DNA of 26,178 bases from a virus (Duplodnaviria; Caudoviricetes). The stretch covers positions 1 through 26,178 of the IMG/VR virus record IMGVR_UViG_3300006029_000074; one strand, written 5' to 3'. Positions 1 through 8,919 of the stretch are shown one piece after another (the first letter of the stretch is position 1; every line of letters starts with the position of its first letter). The notes under the pieces were generated by a model, which saw only the letters and a list, made by a program, of their open reading frames with translations, was not told the DNA's origin and searched no databases. Position numbers and translations under genes: made by a program.

Positions 1-1
1 T

Positions 2-997
2 GCGGCTAGTTTGAATGATGTGATAAACATTGTTTCATTCGATACTTTTGCAGTACCAGACACAGTGCCAGCCAGCACTGGTGGTACTTTTAATGGAGCC
101 ATATCGGCTACTTCATACGGAGCAGTTAGTGGCACTACTGGTACGTTTACAGGCAACGTGGGAATTGGAACTGCAAGTCCTGCACATAACCTTGAGATTG
201 TTTCAACAGCTAGTGGCTCAGTTAATGATACATTACAAATTAGAAACAATGCTACAGCCAGTGGTACAGGTTCAAGAATTAGATTTATAAATTCAACTGA
301 TGTAAATTCAGATACAAACGGTGCATCTATTGCATCAATTAGAACTGGAAATGACAATGATTTAGCTTTTGAAACTGAAAACGCAGAACGTATGCGTATT
401 GACTCATCGGGAACTGTTTTTTATGGTTGCACAGCATTACCTGATGGAAGTGCTGATGGTGTCTCTCTTGCTTCTACACAATCACAAAGACGTTTTTCAA
501 TAAATTCCACATCAAACTCAAATCAAATTTTGTTCTATAATGGGAATGGTCTTGTCGGCAATATAAATACAAGCGGAAGTGCTACAAATTACGTCACATC
601 TTCAGACTACAGACTAAAAGAAAACGTAGACTATACATGGGATGCAACCGCAAGACTGAAACAACTAAAGCCAGCTAGGTTTAACTTTAAAGTAGATGCA
701 GACACTACTGTAGATGGATTTTTAGCACACGAAGTATCAAGTATAGTTCCAGAAGCAATTACTGGTGCTAAAGATGCAATGGCTGTTGAAACTAGATATA
801 CGGCTGATGATGTTGAAACACAGGGAGACGATCCAAGTAAAAATGTTGGTGATCCAAAAACTTATTCTTCCTCAAAAATAGATTCACAAGGCATCGATCA
901 ATCAAAACTTGTACCATTACTTGTCAAAGCACTGCAAGAACAACAAATAGTAATTGAGTCTCTTACGACTCGCATCACAGCATTGGAGGCAGAATAA
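2..997 (+). CDS. Tail fibre/spike with C-terminal intramolecular chaperone (peptidase S74-type); 5'-truncated by the window edge
   Basis: The frame is open from position 2 (GCG GCT AGT TTG). It has fibre repeats GNVGIGTASP and ERMRIDSSG, an autocleavage motif SSDYRLKENV followed by LKQLKPARFNF, GFLAHEV and IDQSKLVPLLVKALQE, and a terminal coiled coil. Confidence 0.9.
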   Translation, partial: AASLNDVINIVSFDTFAVPDTVPASTGGTFNGAISATSYGAVSGTTGTFTGNVGIGTASPAHNLEIVSTASGSVNDTLQIRNNATASGTGSRIRFINSTDVNSDTNGASIASIRTGNDNDLAFETENAERMRIDSSGTVFYGCTALPDGSADGVSLASTQSQRRFSINSTSNSNQILFYNGNGLVGNINTSGSATNYVTSSDYRLKENVDYTWDATARLKQLKPARFNFKVDADTTVDGFLAHEVSSIVPEAITGAKDAMAVETRYTADDVETQGDDPSKNVGDPKTYSSSKIDSQGIDQSKLVPLLVKALQEQQIVIESLTTRITALEAE

Positions 998-2043
998 TGA
1001 GTAAAGCCGCAGAATTAGCCAGTTTAGCCAGTGCATCTGAAACGGCTTTAGGTAATCGAAATATGATAATTAATGGTGACATGAAAGTATCACAAAGAGG
1101 AACTTCATTTACAGGTTTTGGTGCGGCTGTAAACTACAGCCTTGACAGGTTTGCTAATTATCACAGTTCAGATGGTGCTTTTACAATTAGCCAAGAGACA
1201 TCAGTAGTTCCAACAGACTTTACCCACGCACTGAAAATACTGACAACCACTGCTGATTCATCTATTGCTGCTGGTCAAAGATTAATTGTGTTTACACGGT
1301 GTGAAGGAAACAATGTTTCTCATCTTAACTGGGGAACTTCTGCCGCAGAGACTGTTACACTTTCATTTTATGTCAGAAGCTCAATAACTGGTACTCACGG
1401 TGGAGCAATTGGTAATGGCTCAGACAATAGAAACTATCCCTTTACCTACACAATCAGTTCGGCTGATACTTGGGAACGAAAGACAATTACTATCTCTGGC
1501 GATCAAACAGGGACTTGGGCTACAGGCACAGGTCGTAGTCTTCAAATAGTATGGGGCTTGGGTGTTGGTTCTACTTTTAGTGGAAGTGCAGGAGCTTGGG
1601 CTTCTGGTGATATAAACTCTGCCACAGGAGCAACAACAGGTGTGCTTGGGACATTAAATGCAACGTGGTACTTGACAGGCGTTCAGCTAGAAGTCGGCAC
1701 AGTAGCCACCCCCTTCGAGCACCGTTCAGTAGGGCAAGAGATGGCTTTGTGTCAAAGATATTATCAAACGATTAATCCAAAAGTTAATGCTATCTTTGCG
1801 GCTGGATACCAAAACAATTCAGAACGTATTTCCCAAACTCACCGATTGGGAGTTGAAATGAGAATTGATCCAACTTGTACAGTTCACGGTACTTGGAATG
1901 TCACAGGTTGTGACCAACCAGTGTTTACGAGTTTTAGCAAAAATGTTGTTGCTACCCACATTCTAAAATCAGGAGGCGCAGGGTCAGCTTTTTACTATCC
2001 TGACGGCACAGGCGATTACTTTTCAATGGATGCGGAGTTATAA
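997..2043 (+). CDS. Tail fibre / receptor-binding protein with putative carbohydrate-binding beta-sandwich
   Basis: Motifs RNMIINGDMKVSQRGTS and TGVQLEVGTVATPFEHRS..E.ALCQRYY are typical of marine phage fibre proteins. TAATG coupling to the upstream gene. Confidence 0.75.
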   Translation: MSKAAELASLASASETALGNRNMIINGDMKVSQRGTSFTGFGAAVNYSLDRFANYHSSDGAFTISQETSVVPTDFTHALKILTTTADSSIAAGQRLIVFTRCEGNNVSHLNWGTSAAETVTLSFYVRSSITGTHGGAIGNGSDNRNYPFTYTISSADTWERKTITISGDQTGTWATGTGRSLQIVWGLGVGSTFSGSAGAWASGDINSATGATTGVLGTLNATWYLTGVQLEVGTVATPFEHRSVGQEMALCQRYYQTINPKVNAIFAAGYQNNSERISQTHRLGVEMRIDPTCTVHGTWNVTGCDQPVFTSFSKNVVATHILKSGGAGSAFYYPDGTGDYFSMDAEL

Positions 2044-2045
2044 TT

Positions 2046-2216
2046 ATGAATATTACATCAGCAAAATACATTTCCAGTATTACTGGAGCTAACTCCCACA
2101 TAGAAGCAGTTATCGATGGCGTTACTATGGCAGTTCCTATAAATACAGAAAACCGACATTACGAAGCTATCCTTAAATGGGTGGCAGATGGAAATACAAT
2201 AGCCGAGGCAGATTAA
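2046..2216 (+). CDS. Small fibre-associated protein (56 aa; not in ORF track)
   Basis: Hand translation MNITSAKYISSITGANSHIEAVIDGVTMAVPINTENRHYEAILKWVADGNTIAEAD. The VP....NRHY..I..W...GNTI..AD pattern commonly follows this fibre type. The stop overlaps the next start (TAATG). Confidence 0.8.
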   Translation: MNITSAKYISSITGANSHIEAVIDGVTMAVPINTENRHYEAILKWVADGNTIAEAD

Positions 2217-2848
2217 TGAGTCGCGATCTTGCTACCGATATTATAACAGCTTTAGATGACGGAGTTATTTATCCGTTTTTTGCAGTTGAGTTATTATTTG
2301 ATGACGATAACACTTTAAGATTATGGACAGGATTAGGAACATTAAATTATAACAGTCAAGAATGGGTGGGAACTGGCGCGTTATTAAACATATCAAAAGT
2401 TGAAGAGGCCGCTGAAATAGCCGTAAAAGGGGCTACAATAACTTTAAGCGGTATCCCTTCAGATGTTATCTCTTTAGCCCTCAGTCAGCCTTATCAAGGC
2501 CGTGTGTGCAATTTATATTTTGGTATGTTTACAGCTAATAAATTATTACAACAAAGTTCCGATTTTATTTTATTACAAGACGGTCAAAAACTATTATTGC
2601 AAACAGATCAAACAAGCATTTCCAATATATTCTCAGGTTATATGGATCAAATGAATATATTAGAAACACCTCAAACATCATCAATAGAATTATTAGTTGA
2701 GAATAAATTGATTGATTTAGAGAGAGCTAGAACATCTAGATTTACTTCAGAATATCAAAAGTCAATATACCCTACAGATTTAGGTTTAGATTTTGTAGAG
2801 GATTTGCAAGATAAAGATATTGTCTGGGGACGGAATAGTGGGTCTTAG
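2216..2848 (+). CDS. Minor tail / baseplate hub-like protein (gpL-like position)
   Basis: Start reassigned to ATG 2216 (MSRDLATD), coupled to the upstream TAA. Motifs LRLWTG.G, FSGYMDQM and D.GLDFV..LQDK.I.WG; lies upstream of the gpJ-like gene. Confidence 0.7.
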   Translation: MSRDLATDIITALDDGVIYPFFAVELLFDDDNTLRLWTGLGTLNYNSQEWVGTGALLNISKVEEAAEIAVKGATITLSGIPSDVISLALSQPYQGRVCNLYFGMFTANKLLQQSSDFILLQDGQKLLLQTDQTSISNIFSGYMDQMNILETPQTSSIELLVENKLIDLERARTSRFTSEYQKSIYPTDLGLDFVEDLQDKDIVWGRNSGS

Positions 2849-3305
2849 TTTCAAACAAGAATTTATAAATGATGTAAAACCAGAAATAGTTGATCTTATT
2901 AATTTGCACTGGGAAGAGATAGCAGTAAACAAAAATATTATTAAACTCAATCCAGACTGGCATACTTATTATGAATTAGAAGATAACAATAAATTAAAAA
3001 TATTTACGGCACGTTTTAATGGTGCGTTAATCGGTTATTTTATTGTAATTATTAGTGTACATTTACATTATAAAGATCATTTATTTGCTACAAATGACAT
3101 TTTATATATGCACCCTAATTATAGAAAAGGATTTGCCGGAATTAAATTAATAAAATATGCTGAAAAATGTATAAAAGAAGATGGTATTTCAGTGATGACT
3201 ATAAATGTAAAAGAACACAAATCTTTTGGTGTAATATTAGAAAGATTAGATTATACTCCAACAGAGACAGTTTATTGTAAAGCATTAATAAAGGAACATA
3301 ATTAA
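2838..3305 (+). CDS. GNAT-family N-acetyltransferase
   Basis: Acetyl-CoA motif A ILYMHPNYRKGFAGIKLIKYAE, an upstream LIGYF strand and C-terminal LERLDY. The probable start is GTG 2838 after GGGACGG. Confidence 0.8.
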   Translation: MGLSFKQEFINDVKPEIVDLINLHWEEIAVNKNIIKLNPDWHTYYELEDNNKLKIFTARFNGALIGYFIVIISVHLHYKDHLFATNDILYMHPNYRKGFAGIKLIKYAEKCIKEDGISVMTINVKEHKSFGVILERLDYTPTETVYCKALIKEHN

Positions 3306-5818
3306 TGGCTGTACAAATTGGAATAGCCGCATTTTCAGCGGCGGCATCAACGACAGTCGCGGCAGGGGCTACTGCGTTTTGGTCGGCTTTTGCGGTTAGG
3401 CTTGCTCTAGGCGTAGCACTTAAAGCACTTACTCCAAAGCCAAAATTATCAGGTGCTAATAGAGGTTATCAGGTAAATGCAAGAGGGTCAGCGTTAGATC
3501 ATCAAATTATATATGGAAAAATGCGTGTTGGTGGCGTTATTGTATTTGATGAAGCAACAGGTGAAAATAATAAATTTTTGCATCGAGTAATCGCTTATGC
3601 TGGTCATGAAATAGAAGAGTTTAATGAAATATATATAAATGATGAATTGGTAACTTTAGATGGGTCTGGAAACGTAACGTCTCCAAGTAGATATAATGGT
3701 TTTATAAGAATAAATAAACATTTAGGCACAGCAAGTCAGTCAGCAGATAGTGATTTAGTGGCAGAGACAACAAACTGGACACTAGAACACAAATTAAGTG
3801 GGTTAGCATATTTATATATACGATTAAAGTTTGACGCAGATATATTCCCTAATGGTGTCCCAAATATAACAACAACTATTAAAGGTAAAAAAGTATATGA
3901 CCCTAGAAATAGCTCAACGGCTTGGTCGGATAATCCAGCATTATGTATTAGAGACTATTTAACTTCATCATATGGTTTAAATGAGGAAACAGCTAACATT
4001 GACGATACATTAGTAACAACAGCGGCTAACGTGTGCGATCAAACAAACACTTTAGCATCAACCAAAAGATATACTTGCAATGGCGCGTTTGTAACATCAA
4101 TTACTCCGTTAGATTTGTTGAATGATATTATAACGTCATTTGGAGGTTCTATATGGTATTCTCAAGGCAAATGGAGAATGAAGCCAGCATATTTTACAAG
4201 TTCACAATTATCTTTAACCGATGATGATTTACGATCAAATATAAAAGTTAGCACCAGACACTCAAGGCGAGACAATTTTAACAAAGTTAAAGGAACTTTT
4301 AGAGGTTCGGAAAGTAACTGGCAGACAACAGATTATCCAGCCGTTACAAATGCATCATTTTTAACAGCAGACAATAATCAAGAAAGTGTGGTTGATTTAG
4401 ATTTACCCTTTACTGATAACTCTATTGAAGCCAGACGTATTGCCTTGATTGCTCTGGAACGAAACAGACAACAAATAACTGTCAATGCTAATTTTGGAAT
4501 AAGAGCCTTTAAAGTACAGGTAGGAGATACAATTGCTTTAACTAATGCTCGTTTTGGCTGGACATCTAAAACATTTGAAGTGGTTTCATGGAATTTTGGC
4601 GTTCAAAATGAATATGATCTACAAATAGAATTAACTCTAAGAGAAATTACAAGCAGTGTATTTGACGAGGTTAGTGATGGTATTGTTTATGAAAATGATA
4701 ACACAACATTATTATCACCATTTGAAGTTCCAACTGTTGGTATTTCAGCACAAGCAGTTGCGCGTGTTTTATCCGAAAAGTTAGTCAATCAGTTAGAAGT
4801 GACAATCACAAGTGGTGCTGAAGAAAGAATAGATTTAGTTGAAGTACAATATAAAGCAAACGCTGATACTGTTTATAACACAATGGGAACAGGAGAGATT
4901 GGAAGATTTATTGTTGTTGATTTAGAGCGTGGTATATATGACATAAGAGCAAGAGCTATAAATACTTTCGGTGTAAAAGGTGAATTTGAGCATTTACCTG
5001 ATTTTACTGTTGATGCTTTATCTGATCCACCAGCTAATATTTCAAATTTTGGTTTTGAATTATCAACTGGAACATTGTTTTTATCGTGGACTCCAGTAGC
5101 AGATTTAGATTTATCTTATTATAGGATTAGGCATTACTCACAAACATCTAGTGGAACATGGGCAAACTCATCAACCGTTATTGACAAAGTTGCAAGGCCA
5201 GCAACAAATGCAACTCTGCCAGCTAGATCGGGTATGTATTTTATAAAAGCATTTGATAAAGGTTTGAATGAGAGTGTCACTGCAACAAGTTTAGTAATAC
5301 AGCCGACTGAATTGCCTCCTTTGGGTACAACAACAACTTTAACAGAAAATCCTAGTTTTGCTGGTAGTAAAACAAATGTTGTTATTGATACAACACCTAA
5401 CCCTGATGAGCTAATAATTGATACTATTTCTGGAGCAAATCCGGCAGGAACGTATAATTTTGCAAATTATGTAGATACATCCAGTTCAAGAACTGCTAGA
5501 ATAACTGGAATAACAATTTTTAGTCGGCATCAACCAACTGCTGGAACGTGGGATAATATAGTAGGAGACTGGGATACATGGCCTGATAATTTTGATGGCT
5601 GGACTGATGAGCAAGCCGCATTTAACGATACTAATGTAGAAGTTTATGTCGCGGCAACACCAGACGATCCAGCTTCTAGTCCAACGTGGGGAGCGTTTTC
5701 TTTAGCAAATGGATCAGATGTTGTTGGACGAGCGTTTAAATTTAAAGCAGAATTAACAAGTACAAATACAAATGTAAGTCCTTCAATAAGTTTATTAAAA
5801 GCAACAGTGGAATTCTAA
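3305..5818 (+). CDS. Central tail protein / host-specificity protein (lambda gpJ-like, with FN3-like domains)
   Basis: Hydrophobic N-terminus, IIYG..RVGG, KGKKVYDPR, WSDNPALCIRDYL, RYTCNG and FN3-like YDIRARAINTFG; 837 aa. Confidence 0.85.
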   Translation: MAVQIGIAAFSAAASTTVAAGATAFWSAFAVRLALGVALKALTPKPKLSGANRGYQVNARGSALDHQIIYGKMRVGGVIVFDEATGENNKFLHRVIAYAGHEIEEFNEIYINDELVTLDGSGNVTSPSRYNGFIRINKHLGTASQSADSDLVAETTNWTLEHKLSGLAYLYIRLKFDADIFPNGVPNITTTIKGKKVYDPRNSSTAWSDNPALCIRDYLTSSYGLNEETANIDDTLVTTAANVCDQTNTLASTKRYTCNGAFVTSITPLDLLNDIITSFGGSIWYSQGKWRMKPAYFTSSQLSLTDDDLRSNIKVSTRHSRRDNFNKVKGTFRGSESNWQTTDYPAVTNASFLTADNNQESVVDLDLPFTDNSIEARRIALIALERNRQQITVNANFGIRAFKVQVGDTIALTNARFGWTSKTFEVVSWNFGVQNEYDLQIELTLREITSSVFDEVSDGIVYENDNTTLLSPFEVPTVGISAQAVARVLSEKLVNQLEVTITSGAEERIDLVEVQYKANADTVYNTMGTGEIGRFIVVDLERGIYDIRARAINTFGVKGEFEHLPDFTVDALSDPPANISNFGFELSTGTLFLSWTPVADLDLSYYRIRHYSQTSSGTWANSSTVIDKVARPATNATLPARSGMYFIKAFDKGLNESVTATSLVIQPTELPPLGTTTTLTENPSFAGSKTNVVIDTTPNPDELIIDTISGANPAGTYNFANYVDTSSSRTARITGITIFSRHQPTAGTWDNIVGDWDTWPDNFDGWTDEQAAFNDTNVEVYVAATPDDPASSPTWGAFSLANGSDVVGRAFKFKAELTSTNTNVSPSISLLKATVEF

Positions 5819-5819
5819 A

Positions 5820-6488
5820 ATGAGTCAAAACGATTACACAATAGCAAATCAATCAGCGTCAAACGCACGAACAGACATTAATAACGCATTACAGGCGTTA
5901 GCAAGTTGTTCATCTGGGGCAACAGCACCCAGTACAACTTACGCAAATATGTTATGGTATGATACAAACACCAACATACTTAAAATGAGATCGGAAGCTG
6001 ACGATGCGTGGATTTCATTAAATTATTTAAATCAATCAGCAAATACGAATAATATTTTAGATGATACACAAGTTGTTAATACAAGCGGTACGCAAACAGG
6101 TTTATTAGGAGATCAATCACAAGCTGTCTGGTCTGCTGGATCGGGTACAACTGAAAGTTTAATTTCACCAGCTAAATTAAAAGGTGCAATAGATGCACCA
6201 GCAAAAAGTTTAGCGTCAAATGGATATCAAAAGTTTGCAAGTGGTTTAGTTATGCAATGGGGAAGTGCTACTTGTGGACGAGATACAAGTACGAGTATTA
6301 ATTGGCCTGTAACGTTTCCCACAGCTTGTCTTCAAGCTACTGCTACTTATGGAGCTGTAGCAAGTACTGCAAGTACTGATGATGCGGAGGTATCCATTCA
6401 CACCCTTACAACTACAACAGCAAAAATTCACGTTGGTGCTATTCAGAATAGTTCACTGTTAGTTAGATTTATAGCGATTGGACATTAA
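5820..6488 (+). CDS. Tail fibre protein with gp53-like C-terminal domain
   Basis: N-terminal MSQNDYTIANQ..RTDINNALQAL adaptor; C-terminal NGYQKFASGLVMQWG, FPTAC and FIAIGH pattern. Confidence 0.75.
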   Translation: MSQNDYTIANQSASNARTDINNALQALASCSSGATAPSTTYANMLWYDTNTNILKMRSEADDAWISLNYLNQSANTNNILDDTQVVNTSGTQTGLLGDQSQAVWSAGSGTTESLISPAKLKGAIDAPAKSLASNGYQKFASGLVMQWGSATCGRDTSTSINWPVTFPTACLQATATYGAVASTASTDDAEVSIHTLTTTTAKIHVGAIQNSSLLVRFIAIGH

Positions 6489-6704
6489 ATGAGTACAACT
6501 AGATTAGACAAAATTGAGTGGACGTTAGATCGTCACGATGAATCTATAACTAATTTAAGAGACGTAAGTAAGGAACTTAAAACAAGTTTAAATAGTATTG
6601 AGCGGTCTTTAATACAAATAAAATGGTTTGCTGTTGGTGGACTAGCGGTTATTTTTGCTGATCAATTTGGATTAATGGGACTTTTAAAAGCAATTGGAAT
6701 TTAA
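6489..6704 (+). CDS. Coiled-coil protein with C-terminal transmembrane helix (XhlA/holin-like)
   Basis: Heptad-like N-terminus followed by WFAVGGLAVIFA; first gene after the tail module. Confidence 0.6.
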   Translation: MSTTRLDKIEWTLDRHDESITNLRDVSKELKTSLNSIERSLIQIKWFAVGGLAVIFADQFGLMGLLKAIGI

Positions 6705-6724
6705 CAAAACAGAGAGGATATAAA

Positions 6725-6883
6725 ATGAATTGGTTAATGAATAGGTTAAAAGAGCCTTCAAGTTATGCGGCTATTGGAGTCGGTATAATTGGAATAGGAA
6801 TTATTATCGGTGTGATGGAACTTGCTTTCATTGGCGTTGCGGCATCTATTTTAGGTTTAATAATTGCCGAAGAAAAGAAATAA
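6725..6883 (+). CDS. Small two-TM holin-like protein (52 aa; not in ORF track)
   Basis: Hand translation MNWLMNRLKEPSSYAAIGVGIIGIGIIIGVMELAFIGVAASILGLIIAEEKK. SD GAGAGGA upstream; RLKEPS motif and charged C-terminal tail as in small holins. Confidence 0.75.
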   Translation: MNWLMNRLKEPSSYAAIGVGIIGIGIIIGVMELAFIGVAASILGLIIAEEKK

Positions 6884-6887
6884 TAAA

Positions 6888-6936
6888 AAATGAACCAAAA
6901 ACCCCACTACATATAAATGAACCAAAAACCCCACTA
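6888..6936 (+). repeat. 22-bp exact direct repeat, two copies, period 27
   Basis: AAATGAACCAAAAACCCCACTA at 6888-6909 and 6915-6936, separated by CATAT. Confidence 0.95.
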
Positions 6937-6947
6937 GGGGAGATAGA

Positions 6948-7532
6948 ATGTTTAAAAAAATAGTATCATATTTAATTGTTATAATGGTGGTTTTTTCAAT
7001 TATTTATTTAATATTTGGAAAAGCAGAAGCGGCTGACAGTAATACAGTTTCATCGACTATTATGGATAAAGCACCACCAAGCGCAGTTGCACCCTCAGTT
7101 ATTATAAATAATTCTGATATATGCAGACATGGTATAAGTGGTTCAGTAACTACTTCTGTCGTTGGTATTTCTAGTGCTGTGACTATAGAGGACATTGATT
7201 GCGTTAGGATAAAATTATCACGCGCTCTGTTTGGAATGGGGATGAAAGTGGCTGGGGTTAGTACCTTATGTCAGTCTCCTATAATTTTTGATGCAATGGC
7301 TATGTCAAATACTTGGTGTCCCTATTATGGCAAAATTGCTGACGATGCCGAACAAGCGTGGAAAGATAACCCACAGTTAATACCAGAGGGTAGTTTAATA
7401 CGAAAACAAATTGAATTAGCAAATAAACCTTCTAAAAAACGTCCCAAAAAAGATGTAAAATCAAATGAAACAGATAAAAAACCTTTTAACATGGGTGCTC
7501 TTGCTGCTTTTCTCGCTATCCTTCTCCTCTAA
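6948..7532 (+). CDS. Exported Cys-containing protein with signal peptide and C-terminal membrane anchor; function unknown
   Basis: Hydrophobic N-terminus ending AEA|A, four Cys, a basic patch KPSKKRPKK and terminal MGALAAFLAILLL. SD GGGGAG. Confidence 0.8.
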   Translation: MFKKIVSYLIVIMVVFSIIYLIFGKAEAADSNTVSSTIMDKAPPSAVAPSVIINNSDICRHGISGSVTTSVVGISSAVTIEDIDCVRIKLSRALFGMGMKVAGVSTLCQSPIIFDAMAMSNTWCPYYGKIADDAEQAWKDNPQLIPEGSLIRKQIELANKPSKKRPKKDVKSNETDKKPFNMGALAAFLAILLL

Positions 7533-8916
7533 AGCAGATAATATATGCCCTGTAACTCAAGTCGGTTTATGCGATCCAATAGTTGTGGAAGAAATAACAA
7601 ATGTTGATGTTGTAACAGAAACTATTAATGATGGAACTGGGGTGACTACAATCACCACTACCACCACAGATATTAATACGACAACAGTAACTAATGAAAC
7701 CTCAGTGGATATATTGGACAGCGATAATGGGTTTGTACCATCATCAAAGGACGGAAAAATGTCGATTGATTGGGGAGGCCAAGGCTCTGCAAGTATGCCG
7801 TCTGGGTCAACGTGCGGTGATTTAGGGACAGATAAATGTGCGATGATAACAGGAAGTGGCAATTCAACAAGCATTAACGGTGTTAGTGGTATGGGTACAA
7901 CCTTTGTACAAACTATTGACATAAGTGATTTAGATATCAGTAACGGTGGGAAAACAAATTATAGTATAAAAGTATATAAGCCGGATAAAGATGATAGCAT
8001 TTATATGCACATTACAGGAAAAAATGGAGCAATTACTCAATTTTCTGGGACAGATGTTTTATCAGCTAGTGGAGTAGTAACTGGTTATTCTGAATATAAT
8101 GGCGGTTTTGAGTTTGCTGGTAATCTTACAAGTCTTATTGTTGAAGTGGGCGGACGCGATATCGCACTTTCTGTCGGTGTTATGTTTGATGACGTAAGTG
8201 TGAACGTCTTGTATAATGTTATTTCTAATATTGTTTCGCAAACTATAACATCAGTAGAATCATATGTAGCGATAAATATTGTCGATGATACAATAACTGA
8301 TTTATTAGAAGATATTTTTGATAATAATATAATTGAAGTAGAGAATGGTAACATAGAAATTACACCAACATCTCAAACTGAAGTAACATATGATAGTGTT
8401 GAAGCGGAATTAGCACCACCAAGTGCAGAACAATTTGAAATAAAACTAGAAACTGAAACAGGAGAAAACATAAATGCCGAAGTCTCAATACAAGAAATTG
8501 AAACTGAACTCGAAATCGAAGTCAGTGAAGTCGAAGTTGAAGTCAAAGTCAAAACCGAAACTGTATCGGAAAAAGTAGAAGTTGCAAAAGTTAAAACAGT
8601 TGACGTTAAAAAGCCAATAACAAAAGCTGAAATAAAAACTCAAAAGATAGAAAAAGCCAAAGCAATTGTTAAGAAGATGGGCAAAGACAGTTATTCTAGT
8701 GCTAATCAACAAAAACAATTATTAATAATTTCTGTTTTAGGAGATACAAAAACCTTTTTTGATAGCCAACAAAAGCAATTAACAGACATAACAGGGTTTT
8801 TTTCCGATGTTAAATTGTCAGGTGGTACAATTTCTGATAATAACTTGTCATCGTATTTGATGAATGTATATGAAGATCAAGCAATGAATGATTTAGTAAA
8901 CTTACAATATAGGTAA
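7465..8916 (+). CDS. Large secreted protein: signal peptide, Thr-rich segment, beta-rich domain, acidic-then-basic linker; function unknown
   Basis: 483-aa ORF starting MKQIK..WVLLLLFSLSFSSKA|D, with two Cys pairs and (EV)n/(KV)n repeats. Confidence 0.8.
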   Translation: MKQIKNLLTWVLLLLFSLSFSSKADNICPVTQVGLCDPIVVEEITNVDVVTETINDGTGVTTITTTTTDINTTTVTNETSVDILDSDNGFVPSSKDGKMSIDWGGQGSASMPSGSTCGDLGTDKCAMITGSGNSTSINGVSGMGTTFVQTIDISDLDISNGGKTNYSIKVYKPDKDDSIYMHITGKNGAITQFSGTDVLSASGVVTGYSEYNGGFEFAGNLTSLIVEVGGRDIALSVGVMFDDVSVNVLYNVISNIVSQTITSVESYVAINIVDDTITDLLEDIFDNNIIEVENGNIEITPTSQTEVTYDSVEAELAPPSAEQFEIKLETETGENINAEVSIQEIETELEIEVSEVEVEVKVKTETVSEKVEVAKVKTVDVKKPITKAEIKTQKIEKAKAIVKKMGKDSYSSANQQKQLLIISVLGDTKTFFDSQQKQLTDITGFFSDVKLSGGTISDNNLSSYLMNVYEDQAMNDLVNLQYR

Positions 8917-8919
8917 CAC

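Noticed and set aside
2-6488. Diversity-generating retroelement acting on the fibre genes
   Set aside because: No reverse transcriptase in the window and no template/variable repeat pair seen.
6888-6936. Possible mini-CRISPR array
   Set aside because: Only two repeats with a 5-bp spacer, and no cas genes.
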